Positions 30,801 through 38,797 of a stretch of 64,000 bases of DNA are shown piece by piece. The position numbers and the translations under genes were made by a program. Source of the DNA: Gemmatimonadota bacterium (lineage in GTDB: Bacteria; Gemmatimonadota; Gemmatimonadetes; Gemmatimonadales; Gemmatimonadaceae); contig JAZJZK010000007.1 of assembly GCA_040389905.1 (NCBI GenBank), positions 64,001 through 128,000 of the forward strand, in the 5' to 3' direction. The stretch's first letter is position 1; the number at the start of each line of letters is the position of its first letter. The notes under the pieces are model-generated. The model was not told the DNA's origin, did no database searches, and saw only the letters and a list, made by a program, of their open reading frames with translations.

Positions 30801-32445
30801 ATACCTTCCTGTGTCCTTCAATGACGCGCACACCTGCTCATATGACATTACGGCAGGACGTCTAAGAGAATGGGCCAACGGCACCGACGGAGCGGCCCAG
30901 ATTGCTCGGAATCTGCTCAAGACCGTGGAGCCGCAGTCCCCCGCGACTTGTGCGCGCCGGTCGGAAATCTATGAACGATCATGGGTGAGAACCCACGTTC
31001 TCGCAGAGCTTGCAACAGAGAGTCAGGAAGCTATTGAGGCCCTCCGCGATGTGATCGCCGCTTGTGAGAATGCGGACGATGCGGACGAACAGCTGGCCGT
31101 CCTATCCGCGTTCCTTGAGAACTGGCGGATATTGGGCACCCCCCGCGTGAGGCAAACTCTCGCTAGGAGCGTGGAACGCCTCTCTGTACACTTACTCCGG
31201 GCAAGTGATACACGCGAAGACGTGCGTTTAGCGGCGGTCGCAATCCTGAGATCCCTATTCGTCTCGAGCTTTTTAGAGGAACTGCGCGATCTTCCCAATC
31301 TGCCCGGTGCATCCATTGCTCTAATCGAACGAGCCACATTTAATGCATTCACGCTTCGAACAAGAGCGACGCAGTCAAGCGGCATCGCGCTCTTTCTCGA
31401 CGCGCTTCAGCTTACACCCTTCGGAAGGAAGTCTGCAGGTGACGAAAGGGACCACGACGGGCAACGTGAGCGAATTGTAGACATGACAATGCGGTTGGGG
31501 ATCGCCTGTGCGATGACCGAGGCACCCATCGGAATGAAGGACCGCGTTGAGCGCGCCGACCTACTGATGCTGCGGGACGGTGCTCTGTATCATCAGCCGC
31601 TTGGACAGACTCTCCAGGCAATCGCCAGGTGGTCTCGTCTCGCACCGGGGACCATCAAGAAAGAGACAGTCGAGATCACGCTAAAAAGCGTTCAGGAGCA
31701 TTCGCGTTTCATTACTCGCCGAGTTCTGCCCGTGATTGCGCCTTTGGCGATGTTAATGCGCGACGCGGCAGGCGATAGCGACGACATAACAATGCATGAT
31801 GGCTTGTTGTACTTGTCCACAGCAGAGAATCTACGAGGTGAGTTGATAGGCGATCTCGGGTCAATCGCCTTTCGTCTGGAGCAGTTGCAGCAATCGCCTA
31901 ACTATCCTCGCGCCCTGACATCGGCTGCGGAGACGGCAGAAAAGATTTACGCTCATCTGGCGGCCCGGGATAGTACAATTGTGCGCTTCCTGAGAAGCCT
32001 ACACGAAGTCAAAGTTGGCGCGGTCTACGATCTGTTCGAACTAAAACTTCGCGAGTACTTGGGGGAACGAATCGTCGTACCATGTGTTGTCAAGTTGCTG
32101 GATGACATCAATGGCAGTGAGGAGCTATTCTTGCCCAAACGCGTGATGTCAGCCTGCTTGACCGCAATTTGCTCAAATATCGATGCACGCGCGTTCCCCA
32201 ACGACGATTACGAGGAGCCAGAAGTGCAAGTACAAGTGACACGACGCATTGACAGCGTCGGCAGCTCTCACATCCAATTTGCGATCAGTAATAATGGGGA
32301 GCCACTGCGCAGACCAACGAGGACTGGCAAGGCGTCAAAGCGAGCAGCCGCGGCGATTGCGCTCTATGAAGGGGATTTGAGCAGTCCATATGTCGACGAT
32401 GCTGGCAATGTGTGTGTCAATCTTGTAGCCAGGTCGTGGAGTTAA
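27862..32445 (+). CDS. 1527-aa multidomain protein: STAS-like, GHKL/HATPase, two type I PRTase domains, helical region, degenerate HATPase
   Basis: NEAAWNAVLH (N box), ADLGQGIP (G1), VGGL (G2); PRPP loops VVLLTDAVSTSS and MMVVDDGLSSGRT, each preceded by an OPRTase-like hood; C-terminal ICSNI...ISNNG. Confidence 0.75.
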   Translation: MSQQRTASGRTNGRVVLTADELATPLRLANSLRARNWLCEDASSIELPEHLDEVQVSLIDCPHIDLEQVALIALLIRFIADHGRRLYVRWPENTNEEQAGRCRFLTRIGLPEAIGLRAPEYPWQSRVLEINKLAFPSEGSWEDKQAVRRYLPLTWFDKKSFSYEEPIWEASAYLRSAFTNRLREQLTAGGFLDSKAILTLNTALFNEAAWNAVLHGGNNPGDGWGVMCAHMDSEQTRSSKQSTKIEIVVADLGQGIPQSLGETFEATAPEAIRKRVCSRASMITLFALTPEGSRRPIPHKKRGSESVGGLTDLAYLSAAWGRMRLYSGGGGVEVAGGNRGGALQQRIRVDDSRTHAALPGVQISCSFEAPTASDRVLFASQRQEWANDGDVISAIDALGSWGAITTHEAINDLLSALPNSSGTAIIDLGYAPIDKDSLRTLMRTIHARERKRMIVYWNVAADWALLSETAAWMATHAVANQPPTLVVRAVDDVALLGATHSPQLLAAVEKTHGLVVDAEQSAQKGEAILACALEGGAYNAVTSRCNVAFVARGFDAAGPGAGFYSGKIHLLSGTTRRRFFSLSKNIAVAHGNTVRWAEALYGLLLAGLAEEDIGDDGHLVLVGFSTSIAKVADIVSSRLAATHAHSAINLLSFDAPTQEELRPLVQRDSKVVLLTDAVSTSSLSDSVVAAVERCGAKVVMMAIAVDARAEATVSSCPTSASVTLDPGPASHEGSAKEYWVDPISQIPAASREWDTAIDARIPHTLSLIHSARAVRCGHIVDGARHSEVYVDVKELIDRCPSQLFDTSQAEMRARVSKRGWGDFVPSVLLYPSGIRRIEVMRSHRDVGASRPAYETAVQQLRRLLSPLWKPAGREIVEKEVLRTFDPGGRSRCQAVLEFTEPIAVHPSRDKPDMMVVDDGLSSGRTVRELLRLAAAAGAGRVLVFCLVARLKPRDLEFWESLRVVSSDGGDDVETCVVLPLYLPVSFNDAHTCSYDITAGRLREWANGTDGAAQIARNLLKTVEPQSPATCARRSEIYERSWVRTHVLAELATESQEAIEALRDVIAACENADDADEQLAVLSAFLENWRILGTPRVRQTLARSVERLSVHLLRASDTREDVRLAAVAILRSLFVSSFLEELRDLPNLPGASIALIERATFNAFTLRTRATQSSGIALFLDALQLTPFGRKSAGDERDHDGQRERIVDMTMRLGIACAMTEAPIGMKDRVERADLLMLRDGALYHQPLGQTLQAIARWSRLAPGTIKKETVEITLKSVQEHSRFITRRVLPVIAPLAMLMRDAAGDSDDITMHDGLLYLSTAENLRGELIGDLGSIAFRLEQLQQSPNYPRALTSAAETAEKIYAHLAARDSTIVRFLRSLHEVKVGAVYDLFELKLREYLGERIVVPCVVKLLDDINGSEELFLPKRVMSACLTAICSNIDARAFPNDDYEEPEVQVQVTRRIDSVGSSHIQFAISNNGEPLRRPTRTGKASKRAAAAIALYEGDLSSPYVDDAGNVCVNLVARSWS

Positions 32446-32447
32446 CG

Positions 32448-34037
32448 GTGCCGACAATCTTGGTGGTAGATAACAATGGGCCGTCGCTTAGCGCGTTTTG
32501 TGACGTGTTGGAGGCAACGAGTGGATTTCAGGTTGTTAGGGCATTGTCGCGCGAAGAAGCGTTGGCGCGCCTTGAGTCGATGGATGACGTCGACATCGCG
32601 TTTGTGGACCTTTTGCTGAGCCAGCTTCCCTATAATGGGGGCAAGCAAGTCCTTGATCAGCCGACGGGGTTGGCGGTTGTGGAACGTGCCAGGAACCGAT
32701 TCCCATTTGCTCACTTGGTTCTGTACTCCACGGCATTTGACTCGGAGGGGACCGAGATCACCGCTGAATACCGAAGGAAGGCCATCAAGGCAGGCGCGAG
32801 TGACGTCCAGTCCCGTAACTGGCTTGACGGTTTGGTTGAGGAAAGTGCGCGCGAGTACGTCGAGACCGCCTTGAAGGCTAGTTTCGACCAACAGCGCGCT
32901 GCGACACCAATAGAGTGGGGAAGCGACATTCGAACGCAGGCTCTTCGCGAGCGACCGGGTGAAGGTGTGGTACTGAAGGCTTTGACGCGCGCGATCGCCG
33001 AAGGCGTATCGCACAACGTTACGAGCCTAGGAGGAGGGCGCTCTGGTGCGATCATGGCAGGCGTCCTATCAAAGCGCGTCGGCGCGACCACACTCCGAAA
33101 CGTTCTGAAGTTCGACCGACGGGAATTCGCGCTCTCCCGTGAGCTGCTTGGTAAGCCACGCGTCGGGTCGCCCGAAGAGTCTACCAGCGTCGCTCCCGCG
33201 ACCGAAGTCTATGGCCCATTGGCAGGCTGGTATGTCGTGCGGATGAGGGAAGTTGAGCATGCTCTGCGTCTTCAGCAATTCCTTCTTACCGTTGACGAAG
33301 GGGACCGCAGGACGCGAGTGGCTCAGGCTGTAGCCGAGGCATGTCTGTTTAGACCTGCGCGGGTTTGGAGCCCGATCGCTTCAGGTTTGCAGGAAAGGGA
33401 CTATCGTCTCACCTTTGCGTTCGGTAGCGAGGTGCTTGACTCGCTAGATGAATTGCATGAAGTCGTCGCCCACCTCTGGACCGGGGGCGACGAGCAGATT
33501 GCCAGCGTTCGGCGATTCTTGGTGTTCGCTGTGACCCGCGGCGGATGGTCATTGCTCCGAGATAGTCGCGGTCTGGCATTTCTGCACGGTGATATGCATA
33601 CGCGCAATATCATTCTTGATGGAATGGATCGTCCCTATGTGCTGGATTTTGCCAGCGCGCGCGCGTATCCACGGTGCACGGATATTGCCGCAATGCATGT
33701 AGACCTTATCGCCACGGTTCTCGATTGTCAGGAAGGCAACCAACACATTGCAGCTCGCGCTACCGCTGCATGGGAAATTGTGTGGTCGATGTTCCCGTTT
33801 GCTCAGCGTGATGAGCCTGGCAGCTCTCATCAGGGATTCCAAAAGCTAGTGAACGACATGGTATTTGCTGCTGTTGTCGCGCTTGGTGATGTGTCCGATA
33901 CCGAGTATGAGAACGCGATGCTCTTCCAGTGCTTGCGCTACATGAGAATGTCGTATCTTCCCCTTGTTCGCCGCGCGATTCTAATGCGAATCGCCGCATC
34001 GCTTGTCGAGAGACTGCGACTAGATACAGCTGGGTGA
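32448..34037 (+). CDS. Receiver domain fused to APH/choline-kinase-fold phosphotransferase
   Basis: ILVVDNN...AFVDLLL receiver; GGGRSGA Gly loop, VLKF, HGDMHTRNI, LDFA; GTG 32448 with GGAG RBS, 2 nt after the upstream stop. Confidence 0.8.
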   Translation: MPTILVVDNNGPSLSAFCDVLEATSGFQVVRALSREEALARLESMDDVDIAFVDLLLSQLPYNGGKQVLDQPTGLAVVERARNRFPFAHLVLYSTAFDSEGTEITAEYRRKAIKAGASDVQSRNWLDGLVEESAREYVETALKASFDQQRAATPIEWGSDIRTQALRERPGEGVVLKALTRAIAEGVSHNVTSLGGGRSGAIMAGVLSKRVGATTLRNVLKFDRREFALSRELLGKPRVGSPEESTSVAPATEVYGPLAGWYVVRMREVEHALRLQQFLLTVDEGDRRTRVAQAVAEACLFRPARVWSPIASGLQERDYRLTFAFGSEVLDSLDELHEVVAHLWTGGDEQIASVRRFLVFAVTRGGWSLLRDSRGLAFLHGDMHTRNIILDGMDRPYVLDFASARAYPRCTDIAAMHVDLIATVLDCQEGNQHIAARATAAWEIVWSMFPFAQRDEPGSSHQGFQKLVNDMVFAAVVALGDVSDTEYENAMLFQCLRYMRMSYLPLVRRAILMRIAASLVERLRLDTAG

Positions 34038-34124
34038 TATGCGCAAGTCCACCCGGAATCGGACCAGGCACCGTGCGACGGATTGATGATCCGACCCGTC
34101 TACCGATGCGTTCAAGCGGTTCAC

Positions 34125-34396
34125 GTGGGATATCGAGTTTCGGAATATCCTGGTAATGCGTTGCCGTGTCGACGTACGTACGCGCAGACTCGTGAATGTC
34201 GCCGTAGTGGCGATGACCATCGGTCGACAACTGCTCGCGTGAAGCGGAGTAGTCACCACTGAACTTGAAGAGCTCCCCCAGCCGCTTCACACGCCATTCC
34301 CCGTGGGATCCTGCGAGGCGGGTCTGGCCGGTGAGGAGTTACTGCATGGCTGCTTGCTTCGGATCGCGTTACTTGCCGATGAGCCGGTCCAACCGT
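34125..34396 (-). pseudogene. hsdS: Type I RM specificity subunit fragment (central conserved helix plus start of TRD2), inverted, two nonsense codons
   Basis: Minus strand reads LDRLIGK*RDPKQAAMQ*LLTGQTRLAGSHGEWRVKRLGELFKFSG...HYGDIH...IPKLDI. Confidence 0.8.
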
Positions 34397-34741
34397 TCGG
34401 GACTGCACACGATCGTCGCCAAGCCTCGAACGACTGAACTGGCACACGATTACCGCCGATACTGTTTCCAGGCCGCAGCGATTCGCCAACAGTTCCTCTT
34501 CTACGCTGTTGGCACAAAGGTCTCTGGCATCAGCAAGACAAATATTCCGAAGTCGACCTTGCCTGTCCCGTCAGTGGCAGAACAAACCGCAATCGCGCCA
34601 GTGCTCTCCGACATGGATGCCGAGCTGGCAGCACTCGACGCCCGCCGCGAGAAGACACGCGCGCTCAAGCAGGCAATGATGCAGGAACTGCTCACCGGCC
34701 GCGCACGTTTGGTCGGCCCTGATGCACAGGCGAAGGCGTGA
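34397..34741 (+). pseudogene. hsdS: Type I RM specificity subunit C-terminal fragment
   Basis: SGLHTIVAK...GTKVSGISKTNI...LPVPSVAEQTAIA.VLSDMDAEL...KQAMMQELLTGRARL. Confidence 0.85.
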
Positions 34742-35280
34742 GCAACGAGCCGCGGCCGCAGTCCGAGATCGTCCTCTACCAGACGGAGGACGGCCGCACG
34801 CGCATCGAATGCCGTTCGAGAATGAAACGCTATGGCTGACTCAGGCCCAGATCGCCGAGTTGTTCCAAGGCCACGCCGCAGAACGTGATGCTCCGCCTGA
34901 AGGCTATCTGCCGAAGGCGAATTGTCGGAGGAGGCAACCTGTAAGGATCACTTACAAGTTCGCGCCGAAGGCAAACGTGAGGTCTCGCGACGCCTGCGCC
35001 ACTACCGTCTCGAAGGCATCCTCGCCGTCCGTTTCCGCGTCCGTGGTCACCGCGGTACGCAGTTCCGCCAATGGGCCACCGCGCGCTTGAGCGAATACCT
35101 GGTGAAGGGATTCACCATGGACGACGAGCGCCTCAGGACTCCGCCCGGCAAAGGGCACACGGACTACTTCGACGAACTGCTGGAGCGCATCCGGGACATC
35201 CGCGCCAGCGAGCGGCGGGTGTACCTGCGAGTCCGGGAGATCCTCGCATTGGCGGCGGACTACGACGCCACCGAGCCAGC
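34738..35280 (+). pseudogene. rhuM: Virulence RhuM-family protein, frameshifted and 3'-truncated
   Basis: EIVLYQTEDGRTRIECR / FENETLWLTQAQIAELFQ / ...GTQFRQWATARLSEYLVKGFTMDDERL...DYFDELLERIRDIRASE lie in different frames. Confidence 0.88.
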
Positions 35281-35407
35281 CTGGAGAGGAGCCATGGTAG
35301 GAGGTTCGTTGAGCCAATGGACAAGCACTACCCCTCGTGGCGAGAAGCGCGTGCCGAGCTGAATGAGCTTCCGTTGGCACCCGAAACATGGAAGCACTGA
35401 GAGGTGC

Positions 35408-35797
35408 TCAGCGGATCAGGTTGATCTCGACGCCGATGCTCAGTCCTCGCCAAGCACCGTCTGCGGTAAGCGCTGACACACCAAGATTCTTCGCCGTCGC
35501 CAAGCAGATACAATCGCCAAGGGAAAGCCCACGATCTCGAGTCGCGGCATGAATGCTCGCGGCTACCACCCCGATGTCCCAGTCGCAGGGGACGATTCGC
35601 AGGCCAAGCCGCGACACCACGGTCGCTGCCTCCGAGATCGGGAGGAAACGAGCGAGCACCGAAATACATTCGACGGCATTCACTGCACTGATCGCAGCGT
35701 TCAACAAACGTCGCCCAACGACATCCGCACCCGCTTCTCCGCCTGCGAATGCGATGACTGCCGAGGAATCGAGAACGACGAGACTATCGCTTGCCAC
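35408..35797 (-). CDS. vapC: PIN-domain (VapC) toxin; the ORF track labels it + but it is encoded on the minus strand
   Basis: VLDSSA, NAVE, LSLGDCICLA, LTAD; + strand has tca at 35408 (stop) and cac at 35795-35797 (GTG start). Confidence 0.9.
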   Translation of the reverse strand: MASDSLVVLDSSAVIAFAGGEAGADVVGRRLLNAAISAVNAVECISVLARFLPISEAATVVSRLGLRIVPCDWDIGVVAASIHAATRDRGLSLGDCICLATAKNLGVSALTADGAWRGLSIGVEINLIR

Positions 35798-36080
35798 GCC
35801 GCCTCACCGTGGGCGCCACCGTCGCGGCAACGTCGAGCGATCGGTCCTCCGCGCGTCGCAACGCTTTGAGCTCGTCCAGCAGCGACACATTCTGCGGCAG
35901 GGCCCTCGACACGGCCGCCTGGAGCTCGCGAGCCGCCATCTCGCGCGTCCACAGCAGAATTCCGTCCGCAGTAACATCGAGCAGCAGCGTATCGCCCGGC
36001 TTGAGGCCGAGCCTATGCCGCACCTCGGCCGGCAGCAGCACTCGGCCATTGGCTTCAAGACGAACTTCCACGGGCGGCAT
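35784..36080 (-). CDS. AbrB/MazE-fold antitoxin
   Basis: NGRVLLPAEVRHRLGLKPGD; overlaps the toxin start. Confidence 0.9.
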   Translation of the reverse strand: MPPVEVRLEANGRVLLPAEVRHRLGLKPGDTLLLDVTADGILLWTREMAARELQAAVSRALPQNVSLLDELKALRRAEDRSLDVAATVAPTVRRRGKR

Positions 36081-36369
36081 GAAATTCCCTTGTCTGGCAG
36101 GAACGTCATAATCTAGCAAGTTGGTCGTCATATGGCCAATGCCCTCTGCTGCTCCGCGGTGAGGAAAGCTTCGGATCGCGTGTCGACGCGGAGCCTGTAG
36201 CGTTGACAAATCTGGCAGAAGATGCGGACAGAAGCCGTACCAAAACATCCGTCGCCGGTCCAAAAAACAGTTTGAGTTTGTGGCGAAGAAGAGGCCCGAT
36301 GGGCGCTTGAAATGCCACCGGCTCGCACATTAGGCTCCAGATGGTACCACTCCCCAGTTCCTGACGCCG

Positions 36370-36612
36370 ATGCCAACAGTGACGATCAAGGGGATGCCCG
36401 TTCCCCTGTACCAACGCCTCAAAGCGCGCGCTGCCGAGCATCGCCACAGCTTGAATAGCGAGATTCTGGTCGCGCTCGAGCAGGTCGTTGCTGCGGAACC
36501 GGTGGACGCGCACGTGCTGCTCGCGCGCGCGGACGCCTTGCGCTCGACACTCCGCGTCGCCCCGCTGACAGAGGCTCGGCTGCGCACGGCGAAAGCGCAT
36601 GGGCGAGCCTGA
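36370..36612 (+). CDS. Arc/FitA-like ribbon-helix-helix antitoxin
   Basis: MPTVTIKGMP..LYQRLKARAAEHRHSLNSE. Confidence 0.9.
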   Translation: MPTVTIKGMPVPLYQRLKARAAEHRHSLNSEILVALEQVVAAEPVDAHVLLARADALRSTLRVAPLTEARLRTAKAHGRA

Positions 36613-37013
36613 TGATCGTCGTCGACACCAACGTTGATGCGTATCTACTCATTCCGGGGCAATTCACGGAAGCGGCGCGCGCAACGCTGGTGAAGGACCC
36701 GAAATGGGCAGCACCGATGTTCTGGCGCAGCGAGTTTCGCAACATCCTTTCCCTGTACGTGCGCAAGCGAGAACTTTCCCTCGCGCAGGCCGTCGCTCTT
36801 CAAGAGACAGCTGAATCGCTCCTGACCGGAAGAGAGTATGTCGCGGAATCGGAGGATGTGTTAAGCCTAGCCGCGGCCTCAGCGCGATCCGCGTACGACT
36901 GCGAGTTCGTGGCCGTCGCTCGCCGTCTCAAACGACGACTCGTAACGTCCGACAAGCAACTGCTTGCAAGTTTTCCGGAAGACACGGTGCCGCTCGTTAC
37001 CTTCGCGACCTGA
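36612..37013 (+). CDS. vapC: PIN-domain (VapC) toxin
   Basis: MIVVDTN, SEFRN, SAYDCEFV, LVTSD; TGATG coupling. Confidence 0.92.
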   Translation: MIVVDTNVDAYLLIPGQFTEAARATLVKDPKWAAPMFWRSEFRNILSLYVRKRELSLAQAVALQETAESLLTGREYVAESEDVLSLAAASARSAYDCEFVAVARRLKRRLVTSDKQLLASFPEDTVPLVTFAT

Positions 37014-37124
37014 GCCCGAAGTCGAGTTGGAGTGTTACCGCGCCCTCTCTTGTCCGGCGCGCCTAACGCGCCCATAGTATCCGTCACGAAATCCAGTCGC
37101 ACCGCTGACGATCTGTGAGGCAGA

Positions 37125-37958
37125 ATGCGCCCTACGCGCGGCTACTTCCCTGACGACGACCTCGACACCGACGATGACGACACGTCGGACGACGACTACG
37201 AGTCCGACGACCTCGATCTCGACGACCCCGTCCCCGTAGCGCCCGACTCCAAGCCCACCTTCTCCCTCGACCCCAGGGAAATCGCCCGCGCCTATCGCGT
37301 CCCCGACCGCCCGCGCCCCGAACCCCGCGAGTCTCGCGAACCCCGCGAGCCCGGCGCCCTCCGCGCCCCCGAGCCCAAGCTCTCCCCCGATCCCGCCGTC
37401 TGGCTCAAGTCCAACGCCATGACGCAAACGGAGGTCAGCCTCCGCCTCGCCACTTATCTCATTACGCAGAGACTCATCACTGAAGACGTCTCCGTCTCAC
37501 TCCCCGGCTACGAGCTCACCCGCCGCAAGACGCCACGCTTCCCCGTCGTCCGTTATCTAATAGAACGCGGCTTCAAGCCCGTCCAGGTCCAGGAAGACTG
37601 GCGCGCCAGCTACCGTCTCAAGGACGCCAGGTTCAACATCCGCCTAAGCAACGACGCCGACGTTCCCGACGTCATGACCATGCTCACCTCTGGCCGCCGC
37701 TTCATCGCGTACACGAGTCGCGGTTCCCTCGACAGCACCCGCAGCCCTGCCGAGCACAGGTTCCTCCGCGCGGTGATCGGCCAGGCGATTACCTGCGAGA
37801 CCTTCGAAGGCAACGACGTCATCGCCGCGGTCGTCCCACGCTCGAATCGCTTCCGCAAACTCGCCAGTCGCTGGCGCACGGCCACCGGCGTCGCTCGCGC
37901 AGGCCTGCACATCCTTACGGTAGATCGCGCCGGCTTGGTCGACGGATTACCCCGATAG
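37125..37958 (+). CDS. Hypothetical protein with acidic N-terminus and possible degenerate PD-(D/E)xK fold
   Basis: Host-like coding frame; PDV...FIAYTSRG...RAVIGQ...AAVVP pattern. Confidence 0.6.
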   Translation: MRPTRGYFPDDDLDTDDDDTSDDDYESDDLDLDDPVPVAPDSKPTFSLDPREIARAYRVPDRPRPEPRESREPREPGALRAPEPKLSPDPAVWLKSNAMTQTEVSLRLATYLITQRLITEDVSVSLPGYELTRRKTPRFPVVRYLIERGFKPVQVQEDWRASYRLKDARFNIRLSNDADVPDVMTMLTSGRRFIAYTSRGSLDSTRSPAEHRFLRAVIGQAITCETFEGNDVIAAVVPRSNRFRKLASRWRTATGVARAGLHILTVDRAGLVDGLPR

Positions 37959-38239
37959 GGCAGCGCCTCCGCCGCTAAAGCGCTTCAGCACTTCCGCGAG
38001 CACCTCACAAATCTGATGTGGATAAGCTGTCAAGGGCTGTTTTCGCATGCGCAAGAGTGGACGTAACCGTCAGCAACACAAGCGCTTACGCCACTCGCCG
38101 CCTCGCCGCCAAAGTAACGCCGCGAAACGCTCCTACTCGAGAGTGAAAAAACAACCCTTTAGTAGGGAGACTCGAGCGACACGATTTGGCGAGCCACCCA
38201 CCGAGATGCTTACGCGACAGATCAAGCTGCACCGCCGAA

Positions 38240-38745
38240 CCATTACAAAGAACGACCGGACAACCACAAAGAACGGCCCGACACCCACAAAGAACAGCCG
38301 GACAACCACGCAGAACCGCTGGACAACCACAAAGAACCGCCGGACAACCACAATCACCAACGCAACACCTCGAAATATCACCGGACAGAACACGATACCC
38401 ACGCAGGCCGACACGACGACCACCCAGACAACCGCCTGAACCACTCGGCCACACGCAAAGAGCACGCGGCCATCCACAAAGATCACCCGGCCACCCGTCA
38501 GTACCACGCAGCCAAACGACAATTACACCCGACCAATCGACCATGACACCCGAACACGCGCGCAGTCCGCCCGGACAATCGACCGCAACGCCCGAACACC
38601 TCGCAGGAGCACGCGAACAATGAAGAGAATCACCTGAACACATCGGAACAACGCGTCGCCAACGCACCGCATCACCGAAACAGGCGACCACTCCGCACGA
38701 ACAGCGACAAATGACACCAACACGGTCGGCGTGACGGACGCGCAC
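38240..38745. repeat. A/C-rich 21-bp tandem array, conserved at first and then degenerate
   Basis: About 5-6 units of CCACAAAGAACnGCCGGACAA, then about 10 units beginning CACCCGAACA/CGCCCGGACA at 21-nt spacing. Confidence 0.8.
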
Positions 38746-38797
38746 ACCGACCTTCTCTCCCTTCCGCGTCCACAACCAGAACCAATAGGTACCCGCA

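Larger units (their letters stand above)
26200..37020. mobile_element. Horizontally acquired defence-type island (no integrase seen)
   Basis: Visibly more AT-rich with atypical codon use from 26.2 to 34.5 kb; contains hsdS/rhuM debris and TA pairs; boundaries approximate. Confidence 0.65.

Noticed and set aside
26200..37020. Prophage, integron or IS element
   Set aside because: No integrase, transposase, phage genes, attC sites or flanking direct repeats detected
38017..38025. Perfect DnaA box (TGTGGATAA) as a replication origin
   Set aside because: Single copy, no box cluster, unwinding element or dnaA/rep gene nearby
38240..38745. CRISPR array
   Set aside because: Units are contiguous 21-mers without unique spacers; no cas genes in the window
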